Positions 50,565 to 60,486 are shown, counted from the first letter of the stretch. The stretch is DNA of 64,000 bases from an uncultured delta proteobacterium (GCA_963771465.1 CAVYTU010000015.1:1024001-1088000), one strand, 5' to 3'. Translations and numbers: made by a program. The notes: generated by a model from the sequence alone, not told the origin.

Positions 50565-51557
50565 ATGAATCCAAAAAAACTTTTTTCCAGGGCGCAGCAC
50601 TCACTATTTCACTGGTTTTGTTTTGTTTTTTTACTTCTAAAACTTTTACTCATTGAATCCGCTGTCCAAGGTCAAACGAGAGCAACTCCCGTGCGCACCG
50701 CTTACAGCGCGCTCTCGGCCGGCATCGGCACGCTCTGGCTAACCCAAGAGGAAGGATATTTTCGAAAACATGGCCTGGAGTCGAATCTAATTTACATCCG
50801 CGGCGGCACTACCGCAGTGCAGGCGCTCCTTGCTGGCGAAATTCAGTTCGGCCACCTCTCGCCGGCGCCGATGATGACCGCTTGGGCGCAAGGTGCTGAC
50901 TTCGTCTGGGTCGGCACCACGACGCATCAGATGGTTTTTACCCTGCTCGTCGAGCAAAACATCACCAAGGGTATCGACCTCAAAGGCAAGAAAATCGGCA
51001 TCACCCGGCTAGGCTCCGCCAGCGAGCTCGCCGTGCGAATGGCGCTCGAACAGTTTGGCTTGAGCGCCAAAGACGTGACGATGCTGTCGCTGGGAGGAAT
51101 TCCCGAAATCCTCGCCGCCATGCGCGCCGGCGCGGTCAACGGCGGCATTCTCTCGCCGCCGACCTCAACCGCCGCGCGCGATATGGGCTACCGGTCGCTA
51201 CTGCATATTCCTGACCTTGGTAGAGAATTTACCTTCTCCGGCATCGCGGCGAGACGCTCTTTCGTGCAAAGCCAACCTGAAGTTGTGCGCGCCTACATGG
51301 CGTCGCTCACCGATGGGGCCAAAGTGTATAAGGAAGACAACCGTGTGGCGTTAAGAATTCTGCGCAAATACATGCGTGCCGACGATCGTACTCTTGAAAG
51401 CGGTTACAAAGAATACGACAAAGCAATCTCCAGCCCGCCTTATCCCGGCCTGGCCGGGCTCGAAGCCGTGCGCGAGAGTTTACTCGACTCGACGCCGCCA
51501 TTGAAAAATGTCGACTTGCGAAAATTCATCGACGACCGATTTGTCCGAGCCAGATAA
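50565..51557 (+). CDS. ABC transporter substrate-binding protein (NMT1/SsuA-like)
   Basis: G-x-F-x-K-x-GL, A-x-QAL-x-x-G, DLKGK-x-IG-x-x-x-x-GS; no permease or ATPase adjacent. Confidence 0.88.
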   Translation: MNPKKLFSRAQHSLFHWFCFVFLLLKLLLIESAVQGQTRATPVRTAYSALSAGIGTLWLTQEEGYFRKHGLESNLIYIRGGTTAVQALLAGEIQFGHLSPAPMMTAWAQGADFVWVGTTTHQMVFTLLVEQNITKGIDLKGKKIGITRLGSASELAVRMALEQFGLSAKDVTMLSLGGIPEILAAMRAGAVNGGILSPPTSTAARDMGYRSLLHIPDLGREFTFSGIAARRSFVQSQPEVVRAYMASLTDGAKVYKEDNRVALRILRKYMRADDRTLESGYKEYDKAISSPPYPGLAGLEAVRESLLDSTPPLKNVDLRKFIDDRFVRAR

Positions 51558-51570
51558 GAAAGGTTGAACG

Positions 51571-52782
51571 ATGCGCAGCGAAACCGAACGCAAAATGAAA
51601 CGCTGGCGCGAGCAGCGCTGGATATTGGATCAAGTCATTCAAACCCGCGGCATCGACTGGGATCAGGCCCGGACCGGAAAAATCATCCGCAACTGCGGCC
51701 CCGGCGTCGAAAAGGATCTCGCAGAAGTTTGTAGCCGCATCAAGAAATTCGTCGACATCCCACGCGAATTCTCCCTCGCCGCCGCGCGCCGCGAAGAGCA
51801 AGGACGCGCTGCTGAAGCCGCTGGCAAATTGACCGACGCGCGCGGTCACTATTACGTCGCCTCGTGTTTTTATACCAATGCCATGTGGGCGATCTACGAA
51901 GACGGCAACTCACAGCGTATCGAATGGCAAGAGCGCAAGCGCGCTACCTATGACAAATTCATGCAATACGCGGGAAGGTCGATTGAGCGGGTCGAGCTGC
52001 CCTATGACGGCAAGAAAATTCACGCACTGCTGCACTTGCCTCCCAATCGCAAATCTGGCGAAAAAGTTCCCTGCGTCATGTACATCCCCGGCATGGACGG
52101 CGTCAAAGAAGATCACCCGGCGAGCGGCGATCCGTTCATCGAGCGCGGCTTCGCGCTCTTATCAATCGACTGTCCCGGCCAAGGCGAGACGCGCGAAGGC
52201 GGTATCAAATGCACCGCGGCAAACGTCGAAGAGGCCGGCAAACTTGCCGCGGATTATTTAGTCCGGCGAAATGAAATTGATGCCGATCGGCTCGGCGTCA
52301 TGGCGTCGAGCATGGGCTCCTACTGGGCGCCGCGCGTGGTCGCCGCGGAAAAGCGTTTCAAAGCCTGCGCCGTCAGCGGTGTCTGCATGGAACCGGGCCA
52401 GTTCGCGATCTTCAATATGTCGTCGCCGACGTTCAAGCTCAATTACATGTACATGTCCGGCTACGACGACGAAGCGGCGTTCGACGAATTCTGCAAGTCG
52501 CTGTCGCTTGAGGGTGTAACGGCAAAGATCACTTGTCCTTACATGGTTGTCGCCGGTGAAGACGACGAACATTGCGATATGAAGTTCGTTTATAAATTAA
52601 TGGGCGAAGCGCCCGCGCCCAAACTGCTCTACGTTTTCGAAGGCGAACGCCACTCGATCAGGAATCCCAAAGCCCGCCCGCTGGTCGTCAACTGGTTGAT
52701 CGACACCTTGCTCGGCAAGCCGTTCAAGTCGGAAATCATCCGCATCGAAACCAGCGGCAAGGAAACCCATCGGGAGTGGTGA
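51571..52782 (+). CDS. Alpha/beta hydrolase, FrsA / 2,6-dihydropseudooxynicotine hydrolase-like
   Basis: PG-x-D-x-x-KE, D-x-PGQGE, nucleophile elbow ASSMG, GE-x-D, H. Confidence 0.82.
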   Translation: MRSETERKMKRWREQRWILDQVIQTRGIDWDQARTGKIIRNCGPGVEKDLAEVCSRIKKFVDIPREFSLAAARREEQGRAAEAAGKLTDARGHYYVASCFYTNAMWAIYEDGNSQRIEWQERKRATYDKFMQYAGRSIERVELPYDGKKIHALLHLPPNRKSGEKVPCVMYIPGMDGVKEDHPASGDPFIERGFALLSIDCPGQGETREGGIKCTAANVEEAGKLAADYLVRRNEIDADRLGVMASSMGSYWAPRVVAAEKRFKACAVSGVCMEPGQFAIFNMSSPTFKLNYMYMSGYDDEAAFDEFCKSLSLEGVTAKITCPYMVVAGEDDEHCDMKFVYKLMGEAPAPKLLYVFEGERHSIRNPKARPLVVNWLIDTLLGKPFKSEIIRIETSGKETHREW

Positions 52783-52784
52783 GG

Positions 52785-52863
52785 GTCGTGATCGTGTTCG
52801 TGTTTCGTGATCGTCCGGATTCCGAACACCAGCCACGAACACGAGTCTGATCACGAACACGAC
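52785..52863. repeat. TCGTG x4 / CACGA x4 imperfect palindrome
   Basis: GTCGTGATCGTGTTCGTGTTTCGTG ... CACGAACACGAGTCTGATCACGAACACGAC. Confidence 0.75.
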
Positions 52864-54027
52864 ATGCGAATAGCCTACGGAGACATCATCGGCGGCGTTA
52901 GCGGCGATATGTTCGTTGCGGCGCTCATCGATCTCGGCGTGCCGCTCAGCAAGCTTAAGGTCGAACTTAGAAAAATTCCCACGCTCAAGTTCGAACTGAA
53001 AGCTTCAAAGAAACTCGTTCACGCCGTCCGCGCCGCCCAGTTCCAGGTCATCTGTCCCAGAAACGAAGCGCCGCGCGCGTGGAAAGATATTCGCCGCTTG
53101 ATCGATCGCAGCCAACTGAATCCACAAGTCAAAGCAACTGGCACTAAGATATTCGCCGCGCTGGCCGAAGCCGAAGCGAAGATCCACGGCGTTGCCATCG
53201 ACAAAGTTCATTTTCACGAAGTCGGCGCAACGGATTCCATCGTCGATATCATGGCGGCAGCCATCGGCATCAGAGAACTTGGCATCGACGCGCTGTACTT
53301 TTCGCGTATTCCCCTAAGTCGTGGTGTCACGCGCTCCATGCACGGGACGATACCTATTCCCGGCCCAGCGACGTTGGAATTGCTTAAAGGATGTCCCGTA
53401 TTCGGTGTCGACGTTGACGGTGAAACCGTCACGCCCACCGGCGCGGCGATCGTCAGGACGCTAGGCGCAGGTTTTGGCGATCCGCCGCGAATGACTGTCG
53501 AAAAGATCGGCTACGGCAGCGGCCAGAAAGAGTTTCGCCATCGCCCCAATCTCTTTCGCCTCATCGTCGGTGCTAGCGCCATGGGCCTCAAGCAGGAAGA
53601 CATGCTCGTCATCGAAACCAACATCGACGACATGAACCCACAGTATTTCGATCACATCATGGAGCGGCTGTTCGCCACCGGTGCGCGCGATGTGTTTCTC
53701 ACGCCGATTCAGATGAAAAAAAATCGTCTTGCGACGTTGCTCACCGTGATCTGCGCGCCGGCGCGGCGCGATCCGCTGGTTGAAATCATACTACAAGAAA
53801 CCACTAGCATCGGCGTTCGCCACTATCCGGTGCAGCGATCGATCCTCAAGCGCGAGAGCCAAAAAGTGAAAACTCGCTACGGCGAGGTAACCGTGAAAAT
53901 CGTCGAACAGCCGGACGGCACAAAGCGCGCGACACCGGAGTATGACGACCTCAAACGAATTGCCGCGGCGAAAAACGTCACGCTGAAAACGATTCACGAC
54001 GAAACCATGAGGAATCTCAAAAAGTAA
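52864..54027 (+). CDS. larC: Nickel pincer nucleotide cofactor nickel insertase LarC
   Basis: GVSGDM, AEA-x-IHG...VHFHEVG-x-x-DSIVD, P-x-PAT, TPTGAAI, ETNIDD, MKK-x-R, ETTSIGVR, PEYDD. Confidence 0.95.
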   Translation: MRIAYGDIIGGVSGDMFVAALIDLGVPLSKLKVELRKIPTLKFELKASKKLVHAVRAAQFQVICPRNEAPRAWKDIRRLIDRSQLNPQVKATGTKIFAALAEAEAKIHGVAIDKVHFHEVGATDSIVDIMAAAIGIRELGIDALYFSRIPLSRGVTRSMHGTIPIPGPATLELLKGCPVFGVDVDGETVTPTGAAIVRTLGAGFGDPPRMTVEKIGYGSGQKEFRHRPNLFRLIVGASAMGLKQEDMLVIETNIDDMNPQYFDHIMERLFATGARDVFLTPIQMKKNRLATLLTVICAPARRDPLVEIILQETTSIGVRHYPVQRSILKRESQKVKTRYGEVTVKIVEQPDGTKRATPEYDDLKRIAAAKNVTLKTIHDETMRNLKK

Positions 54028-54075
54028 ACGGCGCGCGCCCAGATTATTCATACTACGAGGATATCTGGCGACACT

Positions 54076-54253
54076 CTGTTGATCGAGGTGTGACCTGGAG
54101 GAACGAAGGCACCGACGCGAATGGTTCATTTTGTGCTCGGCGCTCGGCACGATGTTTAACCGTTTCGCTGTCTCAAAAGCAACTGGCCCCGATGGCATCT
54201 TCAGGGCACAACTACTTTGCCTTCGTTCCGGAAGGGTTACGCCTCGATCGCAG
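54076..54253 (+). ncRNA. Unidentified highly structured RNA-like element (~178 nt)
   Basis: 5' end 54076-54111 pairs with 54218-54253; internal hairpins at 54114-54172 and 54186-54207. Apart from bulges and internal loops, the non-Watson-Crick pairs in the two long helices are G-U on the + strand. Confidence 0.5.
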
Positions 54254-54288
54254 TTTAACCGCAAATAATTCGAGCCAGATTTCTCATC

Positions 54289-55551
54289 ATGTCCGAAGAG
54301 CAACCTGACAATCGCGGCGAGCTAGCGCGCCAACTGCCGTGGGCCTCGCTCCATTTCCGCCAGTATAATTATCTCTTCGTGCTCACGCTCTTTGTCACCA
54401 TCGCGCAACAGATGCGTCAAGCGCAGATTTTCTATCAAGTCTACGATCTCTCCGGCTCGGCGTTCCAGCTTGGCATGACGGGCGTCGCCCAGGGCTTGCC
54501 GATCTTTGTCTTCGGTCTGTTCGGTGGCGCGCTGGCCGACTTCATGGACCGTAAGCAAATCATTTTGATCACGACACTGGGGAATTGGCTGGTCGCCGCC
54601 GCTCTCGGCATCTTGACCCTGAGCGGTCTGATTCAAGTCTGGCATATCCAGCTCGGCATGGCGCTGACATCGACAGTGAATATCGTGCTGACGCCGACAC
54701 GCATGTCGATCATTTCCTTTCTCGTCCCACGCACACATCTGACCAACGCCATTTCGCTCAACTCGGCGGTGTCGCAGTGCTCGCATTTCATCGGCCCCAT
54801 GCTCGGCGGCCTGAGTTTGGCTTGGATGGGCACGGGAAACGCCTATCTTTTTAATGCGCTCTTCTATGTTCCCGCCGTCATCGCGATCGCCTTTTTGAGA
54901 ATCCCACCCATCGCTGGCAAGCTGCCGGAAAAATTTTCACTCGCCAGCATGCTCGGCGGATTTAAATTTCTCTTCTCCGAGCCGCTGGTTTTCGCCATGG
55001 TGATTTTGGACTTCGTGGTCACCGGTTTTGGCTATTTCCGCCCGCTGCTGCCGGTCTTCGCCAAGGACATTCTTTTTGTCGGTCCGGCTGGTTTCGGACT
55101 GTTGTCGTCCGCACCGGCCATCGGCGGCGTCATCGGCACGGTTATCCTGCTCGTTATCGGCGACGTAAAAAGTAAGGGCTTGCTAGTGCTGTGGTCGTTT
55201 CTCGCTTACGCGGGAGCCGTCGGAGTGTTTGCGGTGTCGACAAATTTTTTGCTGTCGCTGGTGCTGCTCGCCATCACCGGCTTGGCCAACTCGCTTCAAG
55301 CCGTCATGCGCCAGACCACGTTTCATCTTTTCACGCCGGATCAAGTGCGAGGCCGCGCCTTCGCCGTGTTTCACATGTTTTCCCAAGGCGCCAACGGATT
55401 CGGCGCCACCGAGATCGGCTTCGTCGCCGCCCTGCTTGGCGCCCCCGGTGCGCTGCTCTTCGGCTGCGCCGTCAGCTCGCTGCTCACTTTAGGCTGTTGG
55501 GTGGGGATGCCGGGACTGAGAAAATTTGGCACCGAGAATCACCGCCGATGA
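54289..55551 (+). CDS. MFS transporter (MFS_3/EntS-like)
   Basis: 12 TM segments, GG-x-LAD-x-x-DRK motif A, NA-x-SLNS, GP-x-LGG, P-x-x-x-RGR. Confidence 0.92.
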   Translation: MSEEQPDNRGELARQLPWASLHFRQYNYLFVLTLFVTIAQQMRQAQIFYQVYDLSGSAFQLGMTGVAQGLPIFVFGLFGGALADFMDRKQIILITTLGNWLVAAALGILTLSGLIQVWHIQLGMALTSTVNIVLTPTRMSIISFLVPRTHLTNAISLNSAVSQCSHFIGPMLGGLSLAWMGTGNAYLFNALFYVPAVIAIAFLRIPPIAGKLPEKFSLASMLGGFKFLFSEPLVFAMVILDFVVTGFGYFRPLLPVFAKDILFVGPAGFGLLSSAPAIGGVIGTVILLVIGDVKSKGLLVLWSFLAYAGAVGVFAVSTNFLLSLVLLAITGLANSLQAVMRQTTFHLFTPDQVRGRAFAVFHMFSQGANGFGATEIGFVAALLGAPGALLFGCAVSSLLTLGCWVGMPGLRKFGTENHRR

Positions 55552-55689
55552 TCGCCGGCTGATTATCCCGGATTGGGCAACTGAAGTTAAAATTTAGGTC
55601 GAGCGAGGTGTGAGCCTGGAGTCGCGCAGGCACCCAACGGTAATGTTGCAAAGTTCATTTTGGAAGTTGGCAAGCCATTACATAGCACC

Positions 55690-55850
55690 TGATCTTTGGC
55701 CACCGCGATTTGGGCCGGCAGAAACGCATAGCTCCGGCTGCCGTAGGAAATAATGACTTTGTCCGCCGTCGCGACCACATTGGCAGCGAGAAGAAACGCC
55801 AGCGCGACAAGCGTGAAAATTGTTCTTCGGTTTATCGTTGCAGCACCCAA
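55690..55850 (-). pseudogene. Truncated N-terminus of an NMT1-like substrate-binding protein
   Basis: Signal peptide plus ADKVIISYGSRSYAFLPAQIAVAK; similarity stops just before the expected G-x-F motif. Confidence 0.55.
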
Positions 55851-56530
55851 TCGATCAATCGCAGATCGAGCTCCGTTTCAAGTAACTCCTGCCCATCACC
55901 CTGACTCACAAACGGTATCTCACCTAGACAAGGAACCCCAGTCATGCCCGCAATCACCTCGCGATTGGTTTCCGCGGCAAGCGAAGCTTCGTGCGTGGCA
56001 CGATTCAGAACGTAGCCAACCATGCGCAGCCCCCTGCAGCTCGCGTGCTCAAGCGTCAGCAACAGATGGTTGATCACACCCAACTTATTCGCCGCCACCA
56101 CGATCAAAGGCAATTTCGCTACGCGCGCGTAGTCGGCGAAGGTAAAACTCGGCACCAGGGGCACCATCAAACCGCCGGCGCCTTCGACGAGAGTAATATC
56201 ATGCTTGGCGCTAATTTCTCGGTAAACCGTCAGCAGATGATCGACATCGATCTTCACGCCGGCGCGCTCCGCCGCGACGCTCGGCGCGAGCGGTTCGGGA
56301 AAAAGGTACGGGCAAATGATTTCAATCGGTTCGGCACAACCGGACGCCGACTTTAAGCGCCAGCCATCCTCTGGAAACAATTTCCCATCTTTTTCCACAC
56401 AACCGGTTTCCGCCGGCTTCATGACGCCGACTTTGTAACCGGCCGATTTCAGCAACACCGCCAGCGCGCAGGCAAAAAAAGTCTTGCCGACGCCGGTATC
56501 CGTGCCAGTAATGAAAATCCCTGTGCCCAT
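55832..56530 (-). CDS. bioD: Dethiobiotin synthase
   Basis: FITGTDTGVGKT, KP-x-ETG, VEGAGGL-x-VP, LG-x-INH. Confidence 0.96.
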   Translation of the reverse strand: MGTGIFITGTDTGVGKTFFACALAVLLKSAGYKVGVMKPAETGCVEKDGKLFPEDGWRLKSASGCAEPIEIICPYLFPEPLAPSVAAERAGVKIDVDHLLTVYREISAKHDITLVEGAGGLMVPLVPSFTFADYARVAKLPLIVVAANKLGVINHLLLTLEHASCRGLRMVGYVLNRATHEASLAAETNREVIAGMTGVPCLGEIPFVSQGDGQELLETELDLRLIDWVLQR

Positions 56531-57888
56531 TAGCTCCCCGTCACGGTAAGAATACTGTCGAAAACGACATCGAGCAGAATCGCGAGCTCGTTCTGCGTCA
56601 TACTCAACGGCGGCATTAGAATGACGACATCACCCAACGGGCGAATCATCACGCCGCGCTTGCGCGCCGCCAGAATCACCTGGTGGCCCGTTCGTTTCTC
56701 CGGTGCATAGTTCTTGCGCCCGGCGCGGTCTTGCGCCAGCTCGATGCCGATCATGTAACCCCACTGGCGTACGTCGCTCACATGGCGCAGCGCGAGAAAT
56801 TTATCGCCCAGCCGTTTTTGTAGATAAACAATATGCGGCTGCATGTTCTCGATGACGTTGTCCCGGTGGAATATTTCCAGGTTGGCGATCGCCGCGGCGC
56901 AACCGAGCGGATTGCCCGTGTAGGTGTGGCCGTGGAAAAACGTCTTAAACTCTCGGTACTCGCCGAGGAATGCAGAGAAAATCTCTTCGCTGGTCAGCGT
57001 CGCCGCCAGCGGCAGATAGCCGCCGGTGATACCTTTGGCCAGGCACAGAATGTCCGGCGTCACGCCGTCGTGTTCGCAGGCAAACATTTTGCCCGTGCGG
57101 CCAAAGCCGGTGGCGACTTCGTCGACAATAAAAAGGATACTATTGCGCCGGCAGATTTCGCTGAGCGCCTTCACATAACCCACCGGCTGCGACCACATTC
57201 CCGCCGCGCCTTGCATCAGCGGCTCCATGATAAAAGCGGCAACGGTGTTGTTATGCGCACTCAGAGTTTCATCGGCCTCTTTGATCGCGGCCTGAAGCGC
57301 GTCGGCTTCGCTCATTTGCTGGTAATAGCGAAACACATGCGGCGGCGTGATTCTTAACACGGGAAACAGCAGGCTTTTGTGGAAACGATGAAAAGTTTCG
57401 GAATAGCCAATGCTCATCGAACCGACGGTATCGCCATGATAGGACTCGGACAGCGAGGCGATTTGCGTGCGCTTCTCCTCGCCCTTGAGCTGCCAATACT
57501 GCACCGCCATTTTGAGCGCGATCTCCACCGCCGTCGCGCCGCTGTCGGAATAAAAAACCCGCTGCAACCCCTGCGGCGCGATTTCGATCAGCTTTTGCGC
57601 CAGCTCAATTCCCGGCACATGGCTTAGACCCAGAAAAGTCGAATGCGCGATGCGGTCGAGCTGATCTTTGATCGCGTCGTCAAGTTCCCTTTTGCCGTGA
57701 CCATGAACGTTACACCAGAGCGACGACACGCCGTCGAGATATTTTCTACCTTGATCGTCGATCAAATAGTGACCATCGCCGCGGCTGATGATCACCGGAT
57801 CTTCGCCCATCCACTCCTGCATCTGCGTGAACGGATGCCAAAGGTAGCGATGATCCAGTTGCTTTAGCTTGTCATGAAGAGTCGTCAT
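56530..57888 (-). CDS. bioA: Adenosylmethionine-8-amino-7-oxononanoate transaminase
   Basis: WHPFTQM, SSLWCNVHGH, YHGDT, DEVATGFGRTG, AKGITGGYLP. Confidence 0.96.
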   Translation of the reverse strand: MTTLHDKLKQLDHRYLWHPFTQMQEWMGEDPVIISRGDGHYLIDDQGRKYLDGVSSLWCNVHGHGKRELDDAIKDQLDRIAHSTFLGLSHVPGIELAQKLIEIAPQGLQRVFYSDSGATAVEIALKMAVQYWQLKGEEKRTQIASLSESYHGDTVGSMSIGYSETFHRFHKSLLFPVLRITPPHVFRYYQQMSEADALQAAIKEADETLSAHNNTVAAFIMEPLMQGAAGMWSQPVGYVKALSEICRRNSILFIVDEVATGFGRTGKMFACEHDGVTPDILCLAKGITGGYLPLAATLTSEEIFSAFLGEYREFKTFFHGHTYTGNPLGCAAAIANLEIFHRDNVIENMQPHIVYLQKRLGDKFLALRHVSDVRQWGYMIGIELAQDRAGRKNYAPEKRTGHQVILAARKRGVMIRPLGDVVILMPPLSMTQNELAILLDVVFDSILTVTGS

Positions 57889-59048
57889 GCTTGTGCTTTA
57901 ACTTCCTCGAATACCTTCAACGCGCGCTCGATCTGTGCCGCCGTGTGCGTTGCCATCAGGGTAATTCTCAAGCGCGATGTGCCCGGCGGCACCGTCGGCG
58001 GGCGAATCCCCTGGGCAAAGACGCCGTTGGCGAGCAGCTGCTCGGAAAACTTCATGCATTTCCCTGCATCACCGATGATGAGTGGAAGAATCGGACTTTC
58101 ACTTGCTCCCGACTCAAAGCCCAACTGATTTAATCCCTGCTTTAACTGTCGGCAGTTTCGCCACAACGCAGCGCGCCGCTCCGGTTCTTTCTTAACCAAA
58201 TCGATCGCCGCTAGCGCCATCGCCATCACCGCCGGCGGCAACGAGGTAGTGAAAATAAAACTGCGGCAGCGGTTGATCAGCAAATCGCGCAAAGCGGCGC
58301 TGCCGGCGACGTAGGCGCCGAAGCCACCGAGCGCTTTACCCAACGTGCCCATTTGAATCGCTACGCGTTCGCTCAAACCCAGCTTGGCCACTATACCGGC
58401 GCCGGTGGCGCCGAAGATGCCGGTGGCGTGGGCTTCGTCGACCATCACCATGGCGTCGAATTTTTCCGCCAGCTCGACGATGTCGGTGAGCGGTGCTTGG
58501 TCGCCGTCCATGCTAAAGATCGTTTCGGTGACGATTAGCTTGCGCGCGCTGCTCGGCGCGTCTTTTAATTGCAGCTCCAATTGACCGAGATCGCAGTGGC
58601 TGTAAACTTGTGTCTTGGCGCGTGACAAGCGGCAGCCGTCGATGATGCTGGCGTGATTGAGCGCGTCGCTGAAAATCACATCGCCGTCGCCGGCTAGCGT
58701 CGAAAGAATGCCTGTGTTGGCTTGGAAACCGGAGTTAAAAACCAGCGCCGCCGGGGTGCCCTTGAACTCGGCGAGCTTGGTTTCCAACTCTTCGTGCAGC
58801 GCCATGTTGCCGGAGATCAGGCGCGACGCACCCGCGCCGCAGCCGTAACGATCGATCGCGGCTTTTGCCGCGGCGGCCAGGGCCGGATGATTGGCGATGC
58901 CAAGATAATTGTTCGATGAGAAATTGATCACCGCGCGGCCGTCGAGCGTGAGCGTGGCATCCTGATCGCTGTCGACGCGGCGCAAGCGGCGGTAAAGACC
59001 GGCGTCTTTGATCGACTGCAATTCTGAATCGATGAAGCTGACCGACAT
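57885..59048 (-). CDS. bioF: 8-amino-7-oxononanoate synthase
   Basis: SNNYLG, GASRL, NHASIIDG, FSMDGD, DEAH, TLGKALG, IRPPTVP. Confidence 0.96.
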   Translation of the reverse strand: MSVSFIDSELQSIKDAGLYRRLRRVDSDQDATLTLDGRAVINFSSNNYLGIANHPALAAAAKAAIDRYGCGAGASRLISGNMALHEELETKLAEFKGTPAALVFNSGFQANTGILSTLAGDGDVIFSDALNHASIIDGCRLSRAKTQVYSHCDLGQLELQLKDAPSSARKLIVTETIFSMDGDQAPLTDIVELAEKFDAMVMVDEAHATGIFGATGAGIVAKLGLSERVAIQMGTLGKALGGFGAYVAGSAALRDLLINRCRSFIFTTSLPPAVMAMALAAIDLVKKEPERRAALWRNCRQLKQGLNQLGFESGASESPILPLIIGDAGKCMKFSEQLLANGVFAQGIRPPTVPPGTSRLRITLMATHTAAQIERALKVFEEVKAQA

Positions 59049-59124
59049 TAGAGTAGAAATTATTACATCAATGGTTCAATTACCAACCTAGCCATTTTCG
59101 CAATTTTCCTGCTATAGAACTCTC

Positions 59125-60486
59125 ATGGCCAAAGCGAAATCCATCTACGCCTGCCAGAGTTGTGGCTATCAGTCGGCCAAATGGCTCGGCAAATGTCCCG
59201 ACTGCAACCAGTGGAATACCTTCGCCGAGGAGCGATTTGAAAAAGCGACATCGCCGCGCGGCGAGTTGAGCCTGGGCAGCAAAGAAGATCCGGCGCCGAT
59301 CCATGAGATCAACACCGCTGAAGAAGGCCGGGTTCAATGCGGCATCGGCGAGTTTGACCGCGTACTCGGCGGCGGCCTCGTGCCCGGATCGGTAATACTC
59401 ATCGGCGGTGATCCCGGCATCGGCAAGTCTACGCTTTTGCTCCAAGCGGTTGCTGCGGTGAGCCGGAAAAACCTCACCTGTCTTTACGTCTCCGGCGAAG
59501 AATCCCAACGGCAAATTAAGATGCGCGCCGAACGGCTCGCCATCCAAGCGCCCAACCTGCTCGTGCTGAGTGAAACTTCACTGGAACGAATTCTCGACCA
59601 CGTCAAAACAATTAAACCCGGTCTGCTCGTGATCGATTCCGTCCAAACTTTATTCTCTTCCACAATTCCGTCGGCGCCCGGGAGCATCGCGCAAGTGCGG
59701 GAAACTTCCGGCGCGATCATCGTGCTGGCGAAAAAAACTGGCTTGACGACTTTCTTGATCGGCCACGTGACCAAGGACGGCGCCATCGCCGGGCCGCGCC
59801 TGCTCGAACACATGGTCGACACCGTGCTCTATTTCGAAGGTGAGCGCGGCCACAGCTTTAGAATTCTGCGCGCCGTAAAAAACCGTTTCGGTTCGACCAA
59901 CGAGATCGGCGTGTTTGAAATGAAAGAAGCGGGCCTCGCCGAGGTGACTAACCCATCGGAAATTTTTCTCATGGAGCGGCCGCTGCAAGTGCCCGGTTCA
60001 GCCGTGGTGTGCAGCATGGAAGGCACGCGGCCGATCTTGGTGGAATTGCAAGCTCTGGTTACCCGGTCATTTCTCGCCGTGCCGCGCCGCACCACAATCG
60101 GCGTCGATCACAACCGCGTCGCTCTACTGGTCGCCGTGTTGGAAAAAAAGATGGGCGCCAAACTTTTCGATCAGGATATTTTCGTCAATGTCGCCGGCGG
60201 CGTCCACGTCGATGAACCGGCGGTCGATTTGGGAATCGTCGCCGCCATCGCGTCGAGCAGCCGGGAAGAAGTACTTGACTCGAAAACGGTCATTTTCGGC
60301 GAAGTCGGTCTCGCCGGTGAAATCCGCGGCATTTCCCAAGCCGAGGCGCGGGTCAAAGAAGCCGGCAAACTAGGCTTCGAGCGCTGCGTGCTGCCGTCGA
60401 GCAACTACACGCAACTGAAGCATATCAATCATCCAAAGCTGGTAAGTGTAGGCTCGCTCAGCGAGTGTTGGAAAGTTGTATTCTAA
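59125..60486 (+). CDS. radA: DNA repair protein RadA/Sms
   Basis: C4 zinc finger, GDPGIGKSTLL, KNRFG, FGEVGL-x-GE. Confidence 0.98.
   Translation: MAKAKSIYACQSCGYQSAKWLGKCPDCNQWNTFAEERFEKATSPRGELSLGSKEDPAPIHEINTAEEGRVQCGIGEFDRVLGGGLVPGSVILIGGDPGIGKSTLLLQAVAAVSRKNLTCLYVSGEESQRQIKMRAERLAIQAPNLLVLSETSLERILDHVKTIKPGLLVIDSVQTLFSSTIPSAPGSIAQVRETSGAIIVLAKKTGLTTFLIGHVTKDGAIAGPRLLEHMVDTVLYFEGERGHSFRILRAVKNRFGSTNEIGVFEMKEAGLAEVTNPSEIFLMERPLQVPGSAVVCSMEGTRPILVELQALVTRSFLAVPRRTTIGVDHNRVALLVAVLEKKMGAKLFDQDIFVNVAGGVHVDEPAVDLGIVAAIASSSREEVLDSKTVIFGEVGLAGEIRGISQAEARVKEAGKLGFERCVLPSSNYTQLKHINHPKLVSVGSLSECWKVVF

Noticed and set aside
59049-59124. BirA operator in the bioF-radA divergent region
   Set aside because: No convincing TGTAAAC-N14-16-GTTTACA palindrome.
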